Below are positions 42,129 through 55,459 of a stretch of 64,000 nucleotides of DNA, piece after piece; within the stretch, counting starts at the first letter, position 1; every line of letters starts with the position of its first letter. A model generated the notes under the pieces. It was not told where the DNA came from. It saw only the letters and a program-made list of their open reading frames with translations, and made no database searches. Source of the stretch: Octopus vulgaris (lineage: Eukaryota); contig OX597841.1 in the NCBI GenBank assembly GCA_951406725.2, positions 1,550,001-1,614,000 of the forward strand, given 5' to 3'. Both the position numbers and the translations under genes were made by a program.

Positions 42129-42452
42129 CATAGCATACAAACACATACATGCACACAATCGCAACGTATGTATGTACATCAAATTTATTATCCATGTGTC
42201 TTGTTAAAAAAAACTCTAACCTGTCTTAACCAGACATTTTTTTGTACCTGTTCATGTTGTTGTTGTTGTTGTTATCGTTTGTTTCATGATTAATCTTCTT
42301 CATTTTGTTTATATTTAAATAAAGGAGACAAGCTGGGTGTTTTTACATTTATGATTATTTTTTTAATTTTTATTGATCATCGTATTGGAAAAAAAAGAAA
42401 AAAAAAAAAGAAAATGGAAAGAAAAACAAGACAATATCAACACATTTTATTT

Positions 42453-43089
42453 GGATCTTTTCGGTTTGAACGGCAGTTTTTCAAAATAATTTCCACATAA
42501 CTAAACACTTTTAAACTTCGTATGCTGGTAGAATGTGTTTATAAAACATCTTTTTCTCTTGGCTTTATTGAGAAAATTCTATAGTTTGTAAGATATTTTT
42601 GGGGTTTTTTTCTGCAATTTCAACCAATCACTGACGTCTATTGAGGTACAAACATTCTGTGCCGTATGAATATGTCCCTCGTTTAAGAAACAGATTCGGT
42701 TTAGGATCATTTCGGTTTGAATGGCAGTTTTTAAAAATAATTTCCACGTATCTAAACACTTTTAAACTTCGTATACTGGTAGAATGTGTTTATAAAACAT
42801 CTTTTTCTCTTGGCTTTATTGAGAAAATTCTATAGTTTGTAAGATATTTGTTGTTGTTTTTTCTTCAATTTCTGCAATTTCAACCGATCACTGACGTCTA
42901 TTGAGGTAGAAACATTCTGTGCCGTATGAATATGTCCTTCGTTTAAGAAACAGATTGGGTTTATTTACATTTGTGAAGAAAAAAAGATACCCTCCACCCC
43001 TAACCCTAAAATAGATTGAAATGCAATATATCGATACTAGGGTCATAATTACAGGTGACAATTTCATATGACACCGCTAGAAAAACTGT
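42453..43089. mobile_element. Merlin-like MITE, partial plus nearly full tandem copy
   Basis: TIR GGATCTTTTCGGTTTGAACGGCAGTTTT at 42453, with a variant at 42704. Confidence 0.75.
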
Positions 43090-43332
43090 CAGAATAGTTG
43101 CTCCCACATAAGTTGCAGTTGCTCCAGTTTGGCTCTGATTCTTTTTTTTTGCCAATTCTTCTTTCTCTATCACACAGTGCCGACCAAGGAGAGAAGGCTT
43201 CGTTTAAAAGGAAAAAAGATATTTTTTTCAATCCATGTTGTTTTAAACATCTGTCCCTGGTGACCCAATTGCATCTTTCTGAACAGCAACCACCACAAAA
43301 ATGATAAATTATTTTCTTTCCCTTAAGAACAG

Positions 43333-43495
43333 TGGCGCAGGAGTGGCTGTGTGGTAAGTAGGTTGTTTACCAGCCACATGGTTCCGGGTTCAGTCCCACT
43401 GCGTGGCACCTTGGGCAAGTGTCTTCTACTATAGCCTCGGGTCAACCAAAGCCTTGTGAGTGGATTTGGTAGACGGAAACTGAAAGAAGACCGTC

Positions 43496-43530
<35 letters not shown>

Positions 43531-44105
43531 CGCAGGAGTGGCTGTGTGGTAAGTAGCTTGTTTACCAGCCACATGGTTCCGGGTTCAGTCCCACTGCATG
43601 GCACCTTGGGCAAGTGTCTTCTACTATAGCCTCGGGCCAACCAAAGCCTTGTGAGTGGATTTGGTAGACAGAAACTGAAAGAAGCCCGTCGTATATATAT
43701 ATATATATATATATAGGCGCAGGAGTGGCTGTGTGGTAAGTAGCTTGCTTACCAACCACATGGTTCCAGGTTCAGTCCTACTGCGTGGCATCTTGGGCAA
43801 GTGTCTTCTACTATAGCCTCGGGCCGACCAATGCCTTGTGAGTGGATTTGGTAGACGAAAACTGAAAGAACCCCATCGTATATATGTATATTTATATATG
43901 CGTTTGTGTGTCTGTGTTTGTCCCCCTAGCATTGCTTGACAACCGATGCTGGTGTGTTGACGTCCCCGTCACTTAGTGGTTCGGCAAAAGAGACCGATAG
44001 AATAAGTACTGGGCTTACAAAAGAATAAGTCCCGGGGTCAAGTTGCTCGATTAAAGGCGGTGCTCCAGCATGGCCGCAGTCAAATGACTGAAACAAGTAA
44101 AAGAG
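43333..44105 (+). mobile_element. SINE type B with a triplicated head/core module
   Basis: GGCGCAGGAGTGGCTGTGTGGTAAG at ~43334, 43529 and 43716, separated by (TA)n, with a single 3' module. The core CCTTGGGCAAGTG resembles the CORE-SINE domain. Confidence 0.9.
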
Positions 44106-44271
44106 TATATTCCACATTCTGAAACAGCTGTAATTCGCAATAAACAAATTTAACCCCTAGCCCTGTCTTGGGCCCCTTTTCTTTCTACTCTACATAATGA
44201 AATCCAAACTTACCACAAATGGATGTGAGAGGAATTTTGAAAGATGTGTCTATCTTTTTTTTCTTTTTTCT

Positions 44272-44472
44272 TTTTACTTGTTTCAGTCATTTGACTGCTG
44301 CCATGCTGGAGCACCGCCTTTAGTCGAGCAAATCGACCCCGGGACTTATTCTTTTTTGTAAGCCCAGTACTTATTCTATCGTTCTCTTTTGCCGAACCGC
44401 TAAGTGACGGGGATGTAAACACACCAGCATCGGTTGTCAAGCAATGCTAGAGGGACAAACACAGACACACAA

Positions 44473-44526
<54 letters not shown>

Positions 44527-44690
44527 GACAGGCTTCTTTCAGTTTCCGTCTACCAAATCCACTCACAAGGCTTTGGTCGGCTCGAGGCTATAGCAGAAGA
44601 CACTTGCCCAAGATGCCACGCAGTGGGACTGAACCCGGAACAATGTGGTTGGTTAGCAAGCTACTTACCACACAGCCATTCATGCGCCTA
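44272..44690 (-). mobile_element. SINE type B
   Basis: Full reverse copy. Confidence 0.9.
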
Positions 44691-44931
44691 TAAGTACAAT
44701 AATTTCAGTTGTTTTTCTAAATGTAAAAAAAGAACATTTTTTATTTGAAGAGAAGTAGAACAACATCAAAACTCTCCCTCATTTCCTGCTCTCTTTATCA
44801 TACCAAACAGTTTGTCCCTGCAGCTCATTGTCTACGTAAAACTGTTTCTATTAATTTTTGTCTGCTGTGGGAGATGATAAAAGTGGTGTGTAAAATTAAA
44901 TTTGATAGGATTTATATCAACGCAAATAAAA

Positions 44932-45337
44932 GGATCTTTTCGGTTTGAACGGCAGTTTTTTCTAGCGGTGCCATATGAAATTGTCGCCCATAATTATGAC
45001 CCTAGTATCAATCTATTGCATTTCAATCTATTTTAGGGTTAGGGGTGGAGGGTATCTTTTTTTCTTCACAAATGTAAATAAACCCAATCTGTTTCTTAAA
45101 CGAAGGACATATTCATACAGCACAGAATGTTTCTACCTCAATAGACGTCAGTGATTGGTTGAAATTGCAGAAATTGAAGAAAAAAAACAACAAATATCTT
45201 ACAAACTATAGAATTTTCTCAATAAAGCCAAGAGACAAAGATGTTTTATAAACACATTCTACCAGTATACGAAGTTTAAAAGTGTTTAGTTACGTGGAAA
45301 TTATTTTTAAAAACTGCCGTTCAAACGGAAAAGATCC
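44932..45337. mobile_element. complete Merlin-like MITE with an 8-bp TSD
   Basis: ~29-bp TIRs beginning GG; AAATAAAA at 44924-44931 and 45338-45345. Confidence 0.8.
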
Positions 45338-46039
45338 AAATAAAATGTGTTGATATTGTCTTGTTTTTCTTTCCATTTTTATGTTGTATAGAAAAAGGAT
45401 AAAATTTTTTTAATTCGTTTTAATCTTGAAAGATGCGCTGAAATGAGGATGGGTTAAAAAAAATTTACAAATTACTAGAATTGGAATAAAAGAAAATTAC
45501 AAATATAACCAAAAAAAAAAAGAATAAAATAAAATTGAATATTGCATGATGGGGAGGGGAGGTCAATACAGATGTTTAAAAAAACATGGATTAAAAACAA
45601 TTTTTTTAAAAAAGGTTCCTCTCTACCATCGTTTTTCAATTGGAAAAATTCTGAACAAACCAGAGAAATTGCAACTTATGTGGGACAATTATTGCGAAAG
45701 TTTGCTGGAAATCCATGAAGATTTCCTCATATTCCATGCAACACAAAGATTGAAGATATTTCTTTGGTGGTGAGAAATGCATGAAACTTGTTAAAGAATA
45801 ACAATATTTATTGCAAATATCTTAACAGTATTTACAGATTCTAGCATTGCTATTTTCAGGAATGGACCTACAGTTTGTTTTAAGGTGTTGGAAAAGAAAA
45901 TTAAATGTGTCTATTTTGGGGTAAATCTTACAGGTTACCAAATTCTATGTGAAAATGCCCTCTTTACTTTTGCAGACCTTTACTTTTATTTTTATTATAT
46001 TTCACAAATGTTTGTAATATTCTGAACCTGAATCAGGAT

Positions 46040-46500
46040 ATCATCATCATCATTGTTTAACGTCCGCTTTCCATGCTAGCATGGGTTGGACGGTTCAACT
46101 GGGGTCTGGCAAGCCCAAAGGCTGCACCAGGCCAGTCAGATCTGGCAGTGTTTCTACAGCTGGATGCCCTTCCTAACGCCAACCACTCCGAGAGTGTAGT
46201 GGGTGATTTTATGTGCCACCGACACAGGTGCCAGACGAGGCTGGCAGACGGCCATGCTCGGATGGTGTTTTTTATGTACCACCGACACAGGTGCCAGACG
46301 AGGTTGGCAGACGGCCACGCTCGGATGGTGTTTTCTTATGTGCCACCGACACAGGTGCCAGACGAGGCTGGTGAACGGCCACGATCGGATGGTGTTAGTT
46401 ACGTGCCCACAGCACGGAGGCCAGTCGATGCGGTACTGGCTACGGTCACGTTCGGATGGTTTTCTTATGTGCCACCGGCACTGGTACCACAAGGATACAA
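46040..46500 (-). mobile_element. SINE type C with internal ~63-bp tandem repeats
   Basis: TATGTGCCACCGACACAGGTGCCAGACGAGGCTGG occurs three times with minor variation. Confidence 0.8.
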
Positions 46501-46658
46501 ATTCCATTGATGTTCATCTAATTTGATTTGGTTTGATTTGATTTGATTTTGATATAACTATTTATAATAAATTAGAAAAACACTTGCTGATACTGAAAAC
46601 AGAGAACAATACAAAAGTCAAAACAGAACACCAGTTGAAATATTATGGGAAAGTTTTA

Positions 46659-47200
46659 AGGCGGCGAGCTGGCAGAAACATTAGCACGCCAGGAGAAATG
46701 ATTAGCGGTGTTTCATCTGCCTTTACGTTCTGAGTTCAAATTCCGCCGAGGTCGACTTTGTCTTTATTCCTTTCGGGGTTGATAAATTAAGTACCAGTTG
46801 CATACTGGGGTCGATCTAATTGACTGGCACCCTTCCCCAAAAATTTCAGGCCTTTTGCCTAGAGTAGAAAAGAATATGAGAAATTTTTATTTGTTATTTC
46901 TTTATTGCCCACAAGGGGCTAAACTTAGAGGGGACAAACAAAGACAGACAAAGGAATTAAGTCGATTAGATCGACCCCAGTGCAAAACTGGTACTTTATC
47001 AACCCCGAAAGGATGAAAGGCAAAGTCGACCTCGGCTGAATTTGAACTCAGAACGTAACGGCAGACAAGCTACCGCTAAACATCTTGCCGGCCGTGCTAA
47101 CATTTCTTATTTCTTTCCTGCCCACAAGGGGCTAAACTTAGAGGGGACAAACAAGGACAGACAAAGGGATCAAGTCGATTACGTCGACCCCAGTGCATAA
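46659..47200. mobile_element. SINE type A monomer (+) followed by inverted copies (-)
   Basis: Head AGGCGGCGAGCTGGCAGAAAC at 46659; reverse copies at 46895-47200. Confidence 0.8.
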
Positions 47201-47383
47201 ACCACATAGAAAAACGAAATAAAATATGAAATTGTTGTAAAACCAATTAGCAATTAAAGGGAAATAATAAAAACAGAAGTTGTAAAATTTAGTATTGTTA
47301 ATTGTCTCCCTTGATAGAAACTTCAAAACTTTCCTCAAAATCTTTTCAACGATATTAGCACAATAGTTGCAAAATGAAATAGG

Positions 47384-47788
47384 GGATCTTTTCGGTTTGA
47401 ACGGCAGTTTTTTTTAATAATTTCCACCGAACTAAACACTTTTAAACTTCGTATACTGGTAGGATGTGTTTATAAAACATCTTTTTCTCTTGGCTTTATT
47501 GAGAAAATTCTATAGTTTGTAAAATATTTGTTGCTTTTTTTTTCTGCAACTTCAACCAATCAATGACGTCTATTGAGGTGAAAACATTCTGTGCCGTATG
47601 AATATGTCCATTGTTTAAGAAACAGATTGGGTTTATTTACATTTCTGAAGAAAAAAAGATAGCCTTCCCCTCACCCTTAACCCTAAAACAGATTGAAATG
47701 CAATAGATCGATACTAGGGTCATAATTATGGGTGACAATTTCATATGGCACCGCTAGAAAAAACTGCCGTTCAAACCGGAAAAGATGC
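47384..47788. mobile_element. Merlin-like MITE
   Basis: Same TIRs and body as 44932-45337; no clear TSD. Confidence 0.8.
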
Positions 47789-47933
47789 AATAAAATAATT
47801 GATATTTCCAGCATCGCTTGGAAGGGTTTACTGAAGCTCATTTAAGTTTCAAAGACCTGGTCATTCTTTTGGTTGACCGCACGGACGCAAACAAAGCAAT
47901 ACTAGGTATCAGGCGAAGACAAGAAAATACATT

Positions 47934-50900
47934 GAGGCGGCGAGCCGGCAGAATCGTTAGCACGCCGTGCGGAATGCCCAGCGGTATTTCGTACGCCGCT
48001 ACGTTCTGAGTTCATATTCCGCCGAGGTCGACGTTGCTTTTCATCCTTTCGGGGTCGATAAATTAAGTACCAGTTACGCACTGGTGTCGATGTAATTGAC
48101 TTAAACCGTTTGTCTGTCCTTGTTCGTCCCCTCTATGTTTAGCTCCTTGTGGGTAGTAGAGAAATAGGTATTTCGTCTGCCGCTACGTTCTGAGTTCATA
48201 TTCCGCCGAGGTCGACGTTGCTTTTCATCCTTTCGGGGTCGATAAATTAAGTACCAGTTACGCACTGGTGTCGATGTAATTGACTTAATCCGTTTGTCTG
48301 TCCTTGTTCGTCCCCTCTATGTTTAGCCCCTTGTGGGTAGTAGAGAAATAGGTATTTCGTCTGCCGCTACGTTCTGAGTTCATATTCCGCCGAGGTCGAC
48401 GTTGCTTTTCATCCTTTCGGGGTCGATAAATTAAGTACCAGTTACGCACTGGAGTCGATGTAATTGACTTAATCCGTTTGTCTGTCCTTGTTCGTCCCCT
48501 CTATGTTTAGCTCCTTGTGGGTAGTAGAGAAATAGGTATTTCGTCTGCCGCTACGTTCTGAGTTCAAATTCCGCCGAGGTCGACGTTGCTTTTCATCCTT
48601 TCGGGGTCGATTAAATAAGTACCAGTTACGCACTGGAGTCGATGTAATTGACTTAATCCGTTTGTCTGTCCTTGTTCGTCCCCTCTATGTTTAGCCCCTT
48701 GTGGGTAGTAGAGAAATAGGTATTTCGTCTGCCGCTACATTCTGAGTTCATATTCCGCCGAGGTCGACGTTGCTTTTCATCCTTTCGGGGTCGATAAATT
48801 AAGTACCAGTTACGCACTGGTGTCGATGTAATTGACTTAATCCGTTTGTCTGTCCTTGTTCGTCCCCTCTATGTTTAGCCCCTTGTGGGTAGTAGAGAAA
48901 TAGGTATTTCGTCTGCCGCTACGTTCTGAGTTCATATTCCGCCGAGGTCGACGTTGCTTTTCATCCTTTCGGGGTCGATAAATTAAGTACCAGTTACGCA
49001 CTGGAGTCGATGTAATTGACTTAAACCGTTTGTCTGTCCTTGTTCGTCCCCTCTGTGTTTAGCCCCTTGTGGGTAGTAGAGAAATAGGTATTTCGTCTGC
49101 CGCTACGTTCTGAGTTTAATATTCCGCCGAGGTCGACGTTGCTTTTCATCCTTTCGGGGTCGATTAAATAAGTACCAGTTACGCACTGGAGTCGATGTAA
49201 TTGACTTAAACCGTTTGTCTGTCCTTGTTCGTCCCCTCTGTGTTTAGCCCCTTGTGGGTAGTAGAGAAATAGGTATTTCGTCTGCCGCTACGTTCTGAGT
49301 TCATATTCCGCCGAGGTCGACGTTGCTTTTCATCCTTTCGGGGTCGATAAATTAAGTACCAGTTACGCACTGGTGTCGATGTAATTGACTTAATCCGTTT
49401 GTCTGTCCTTGTTCGTCCCCTCTATGTTTAGCCCCTTGTGGGTAGTAGAGAAATAGGTATTTCGTACGCCGCTACGTTCTGAGTTCATATTCCGCCGAGG
49501 TCGACGTTGCTTTTCATCCTTTCGGGGTCGATAAATTAAGTACCAGTTACGCACTGGTGTCGATGTAATTGACTTAATCCGTTTGTCTGTCCTTGTTCGT
49601 CCCCTCTGTGTTTAGCCCCTTGTGGGTAGTAGAGAAATAGGTATTTCGTACGCCGCTACGTTCTGAGTTCATATTCCGCCGAGGTCGACGTTGCTTTTCA
49701 TCCTTTCGGGGTCGATAAATTAAGTACCAGTTACGCACTGGTGTCGATGTAATTGACTTAATCCGTTTGTCTGTCCTTGTTCGTCCCCTCTGTGTTTAGC
49801 CCCTTGTGGGTAGTAGAGAAATAGGTATTTCGTCTGCCGCTACGTTCTGAGTTCATATTCCGCCGAGGTCGACGTTGCTTTTCATCCTTTCGGGGTCGAT
49901 AAATTAAGTACCAGTTACGCACTGGTGTCGATGTAATTGACTTAATCCGTTTGTCTGTCCTTGTTCGTCCCCTCTGTGTTTAGCCCCTTGTGGGTAGTAG
50001 AGAAATAGGTATTTCGTCTGCCGCTACGTTCTGAGTTCATATTCCGCCGAGGTCGACGTTGCTTTTCATCCTTTCGGGGTCGATAAATTAAGTACCAGTT
50101 ACGCACTGGTGTCGATGTAATTGACTTAATCCGTTTGTCTGTCCTTGTTCGTCCCCTCTGTGTTTAGCCCCTTGTGGGTAGTAGAGAAATAGGTATTTCG
50201 TCTGCCGCTACGTTCTGAGTTAATATTCCGCCGAGGTCGACGTTGCTTTTCATCCTTTCGGGGTCGATAAATTAAGTACCAGTTACGCACTGGTGTCGAT
50301 GTAATTGACTTAATCCGTTTGTCTGTCCTTGTTCGTCCCCTCTGTGTTTAGCCCCTTGTGGGTAGTAGAGAAATAGGTATTTCGTCTGCCGCTACGTTCT
50401 GAGTTCATATTCCGCCGAGGTCGACGTTGCTTTTCATCCTTTCGGGGTCGATAAATTAAGTACCAGTTACGCACTGGTGTCGATGTAATTGACTTAATCC
50501 GTTTGTCTGTCCTTGTTCGTCCCCTCTGTGTTTAGCCCCTTGTGGGTAGTAGAGAAATAGGTATTTCGTCTGCCGCTACGTTCTGAGTTCATATTCCGCC
50601 GAGGTCGACGTTGCTTTTCATCCTTTCGGGGTCGATAAATTAAGTACCAGTTACGCACTGGTGTCGATGTAATTGACTTAATCCGTTTGTCTGTCCTTGT
50701 TCGTCCCCTCTGTGTTTAGCCCCTTGTGGGTAGTAGAGAAATAGGTATTTCGTCTGCCGCTACGTTCTGAGTTAATATTCCGCCGAGGTCGACGTTGCTT
50801 TTCATCCTTTCGGGGTCGATTAAATAAGTACCAGTTACGCACTGGAGTCGATGTAATTGACTTAAACCGTTTGTCTGTCCTTGTTCGTCCCCTCTGTGTT

Positions 50901-52590
50901 TAGCCCCTTGTGGGTAGTAGAGAAATAGGTATTTCGTCTGCCGCTACGTTCTGAGTTAATATTCCGCCGAGGTCGACGTTGCTTTTCATCCTTTCGGGGT
51001 CGATTAAATAAATACCAGTTACGCACTGGAGTCGATGTAATTGACTTAAACCGTTTGTCTGTCCTTGTTCGTCCCCTCTGTGTTTAGCCCCTTGTGGGTA
51101 GTAGAGAAATAGGTATTTCGTCTGCCGCTACGTTCTGAGTTCATATTCCGCCGAGGTCGACGTTGCTTTTCATCCTTTCGGGGTCGATAAATTAAGTACC
51201 AGTTACGCACTGGTGTCGATGTAATTGACTTAATCCGTTTGTCTGTCCTTGTTCGTCCCCTCTGTGTTTAGCCCCTTGTGGGTAGTAGAGAAATAGGTAT
51301 TTCGTCTGCCGCTACGTTCTGAGTTCATATTCCGCCGAGGTCGACGTTGCTTTTCATCCTTTCGGGGTCGATAAATTAAGTACCAGTTACGCACTGGCGT
51401 CGATGTAATTGACTTAATCCGTTCGTCCCCTCTGTGTTTAGCCCCGTGTGGGCAGTAAAGAAATAGAAATAGATATTTCGTACGCCGCTACGTTCTGAGT
51501 TCAAATTCCGCCTAGGTCGACTTTGCCTTTTATCCTTTCGGGGTCGATAAATAAACTACCAGTTACGCACTGGTGTTGATCTAATCGACTTAATCTGTTA
51601 GTTTGTCCTTTCTGTGTTTATCCCCTTGTGGGTAGTAAAGAAATAAGTATTTCGTCTGCCGTTACGTTCTGAGTTCAAATTCCACCGAGGTCGACTTTGC
51701 CTTTCATCCTTTCGGGGTCGATTAAATAAGTACCAGTTACACACTGGGGTCGATGTAATTGACTTAACCCGTTTGTCTGTCCTTGTTCGTCCCCTCTGTG
51801 GGTAGACTTAATCTGTTTGTCCCCTCTGTGTTTAGCCCCTTATGGGTAGTAAGGAAATAGAAATAAGTATTTCGTCTGCCGCTACGTTCTGAGTTCTAAT
51901 TCCGCCGAGGTCGACTTTGCCTTTCATCCTTTCGGGGTCGATTAAATAAGTACCAGTTTCGCACTGGGGTCGATGTAATTGACTTAATCTGTTTGTCCCC
52001 TCTGTGTTTAGCCCCTTATGGGTACTAAAGAAATAGAAATAGGTATTTCGTCTGCCGCTACGTTCTGAGTTCAAATTCCGCTGAGGTCGACTTTGCCTTT
52101 CATCCTTTCGGGGTCGATTAAATAAGTACCAGTCACACACTGGGGTCGATGTAATCGACTTAATCCGTTTGCCTGTCCTTGTTCGTCCCCTCTGTGTGTA
52201 GCCCCTTGTGGGTAGTAAAGAAATCGAAACAGGTATTTCGTACGCCGTTATTTCTGAGTTCAAATGCCGCCGAGGTCGACTTTGCCTTTGATCCTTTCGG
52301 GGTCGATTAAATAAGTACCAGTTACACACTGGGGTCGATGTAATCGACTTAATCCGTTTGCCTGTCCTTGGTTGTCCCCTCTGCGTTTAGCCCCTTGTGG
52401 GTAGTAAAGAAATCGAAACAGGTAATTCGTACGCCGTTACGTTTTGAGTTCAAATGCCGCCGAAGTCGACTTTGCCTTTCATCCTTTCGGGGTCGATAAA
52501 TCAAGTACCAGTTGCGTACTGGTGTTGATCTAATCGACTGGCTCCCTTCCCCCAAATATTTCGGGCCTTGTGCCTAAAAGTAGAGAAGAA
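47934..52590 (+). repeat. SINE type A-derived tandem array, 184-bp period, ~25 units
   Basis: TTCA(T/A)ATTCCGCCGAGGTCGAC at 48011, 48195, 48379, 48563 and onward. One SINE head at the left end and one alternative tail at the right end. Confidence 0.95.
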
Positions 52591-52619
52591 TATATATTTC
52601 AAATAACATGAATGTATTT

Positions 52620-54730
52620 AAGCATCATTTATTTTTCATAATTTGTTTTCCTTTTCCGTCTGTTTTTTTTATTTGTTTTACCGTCCTTTTATGTGTTTTT
52701 GTTTTACTTCATTTCTTTTTTGTTGTTCTTTCGTCATTGTTTATTTTCTTTTTTCTTTATCTTTCTTTTTTATGTTTTTCTTTTTCTTTGCTTTTTTCCA
52801 TTGATTTTCTTTTCTTTGTTCTTTATTTTTAGTTTTTTTTTTTTTCTTTTTAATTTGTTTTCTTTTTCATTTCTTTTTCTTCCTTTGTTTTTCTTTTTCT
52901 TCTTTCTCTTTTTCTTTTTTTTCTTTATTTTTCTTATTTTGTTTATTTCTTTTCGTTGTTTTTCTTCTTTCTTTTTCTATTATTTCCTTCTTTGTTTTTT
53001 TTCTTTTTTACGTTTTAATTTGTTTCACTTTTTTTATTTGTTTTCTTTTTTAATTGTTTGTCTTCGATTTTTTTCTTTGTTCTTTTTTCGTTATTTTCTT
53101 TTTTCTTTGTTTTTCTTTTTTCGTTGTTTTCTTTTTCTCTTCGTTTTTTTTCTTTTTCTTTTATTGTTCTTCGTTTGTTGTTTTTCATTTATGAAAATAT
53201 CAATGTGACTATTGTTGTTTGATCTACTGAGTTTATTGACTTGGGATTCAGGTTATAAATTACAGAGTCTATATAGATCAGGATTATCTCATTGAGAGTA
53301 AAAATCATCGAAATAAAGTCAGTTAGTGACAACATATTTCTGTCTCAGAAGATGTTTATCAAAGTGGCGACATTCTATGAAACCCTGTGATCTAAAATAT
53401 AAATAGTATACCGATCTTTTGAGATCGCAGAGTAAAACTATACATAACCTCCTTTATAGCTATGCATAACCTTCAATTTTCTGTGCTATCTCTGTGTAGT
53501 AACTACTTTCAAGAAGCTTTCAATCGATTTTTAATACAGTGGCACGCTCTTTCAACTTCCAGATGTAATTGGACAGTTTTGTTTCATATCTCTTTCTTAT
53601 ATTTTGCTTGTTTGTTTTCTCATGTTTTTCTTTTTGTTTTTCATTTTTTTTGTTTTTATTTCTTGCTTTCTTTGTTATTTGTTTTCGTTTTTTCTCTCCT
53701 AAGCAACCATATGACAAAAAATGCAAATTTATTAACCATGAAGGTCAAAAAATAGAGTGGAGGATACAAGGACTGAGAAGGGGTCGGGATTTAAATGGAA
53801 CACATAATGGATGATAAATAAGTATAAAATTCGGATGAAAAAAATGAATGAAAGAAAATATTCATGAAGTGAGGCACGTGGCCGACCCCACAAACCACAT
53901 TCCAACAACGAATCCCTTGGTAAACTCTTTGATTTCTCGCTCAAACAGGTTCATTTACTCTCAGCATTCTTGCTACCGTCATCCATCGTTTCTGAAATAT
54001 TCCGTTCGACAGGCATCTCTTCTCCATCCTTATTTTGTTTTTTTAGATGGAAAAGGTAAAAGTTCACCGATCCAAGGGTGGAGTTGAAAGTTCCTGTCAC
54101 AATCTCTTTCACTCTTGTCTTCCACACTAACCTTCTTCATTGTCCTGGCCGCATCTTGGAAAAGTTGGCGTAGCTGAAGAACAATACCGAACGAGTTTGT
54201 CCCGAACAGGTAAGGCAACTCTGTAACATTGCCAGGGAAATGAGAAGGAAAATAGATAAAAACCGAAAAGAAGAACAAAGAGGAAAGGAAAAGACAGAAG
54301 AGAACAAATGAAAAGGAAGACTAAAATGAGACAAAAAGAAAAGCAAAACAAGATATAAACACAAAAATAAAACAAAGAAGAGAAACAATAAACAAAAAAA
54401 AAACAAATAAAAAGAAAATCAATGAAAAAAGCAAAGCAAAAATAAAACAAATGAAAAACAACGATAAAGGAAAAAAAACCATTACGAAAGAAAAAAGAAA
54501 AAAGAAATGAAGTAAAGCAAAAACATAAAAAGGAAAAAGAGAGGAAAATAAATAAAGGAAAAACAAAGAAAAAGAGAAACAAGGAAAAACAAAGAATAGG
54601 TACAAAGAATAGGTAAAAAGAAAAAATACATTAGAAAAACAGTGAAAAAAAAATAGAAACAAAAAATGTAAAAGAAAGGAACAAAAAGAAAAAGGGAAGA
54701 AGAAAAATGTAAAACAAATAAAAAAGATTT
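52620..54730. repeat. inverted pair of homologous T-rich (52620-53190) and A-rich (54260-54730) tracts
   Basis: TTTACTTCATTTCTTTTTTGTTGTTCTTTCGT matches the reverse complement of ACGAAAGAAAAAAGAAAAAAGAAATGAAGTAAA; CATTGATTTTCTTTT matches AAAAGAAAATCAATG. Confidence 0.7.
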
Positions 54731-54872
54731 TAACGGCCATCAGAGAATTTCTACCATATCGGATGACATTACCGCCCAAACCATCAGTCCGACAGGTTTC
54801 ATGTGTATATACATATAAATATATATACATACACACACACACACATATATATATATCTACACATATATATGC

Positions 54873-54920
<48 letters not shown>

Positions 54921-55459
54921 ATGCACACACATATATATATGTATATACATATATATACATACTTACATGCACACATATAAAGATCTAAATATAAATATAT
55001 TTTTGTGGTAAATATATATATATATACACACATATACATGTATATATATATATGTGTGTGTGTGTCTGTATAATTACTAAATGAATAAATATTTGAAAAT
55101 ATCTATATAGATATTATTATCAATTATTATCATTGGTAAAATGAATGACAACAACAATAATATACGTAACCAACAAGCCAAAGCCGATAAATGGCAAATC
55201 CAAAATCTTATAATTAATTTATAATTATAATAGGGCGTACGGGGTTCCAGTTTTGTTGTGAAAAATCAGCAAGGAAAACCACCAATCAATTAACTTACTA
55301 TCTTTATAGTTTATCTTTCTTAATTCTCATCAGCAGGTCTCACTATATGCCTAGGGTTAAAACTTTTGCTCGATTCGTTGTGCTTGGTAACCGTTGAAAA
55401 CCTAGTGCCAAATTCAGACACGATATCAGTGTATAAAAGTACTATACTCTTCTCTCTTT

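Noticed and set aside
42995-45050. CCCTAACCCTAA / TTAGGGTTAGGG telomere-like words
   Set aside because: Only two units, internal to the Merlin-like MITE; not an interstitial telomere.
47934-52590. CRISPR-like or tRNA/5S gene array
   Set aside because: There are no unique spacers, and the unit is a SINE segment lacking an A box and a cloverleaf.
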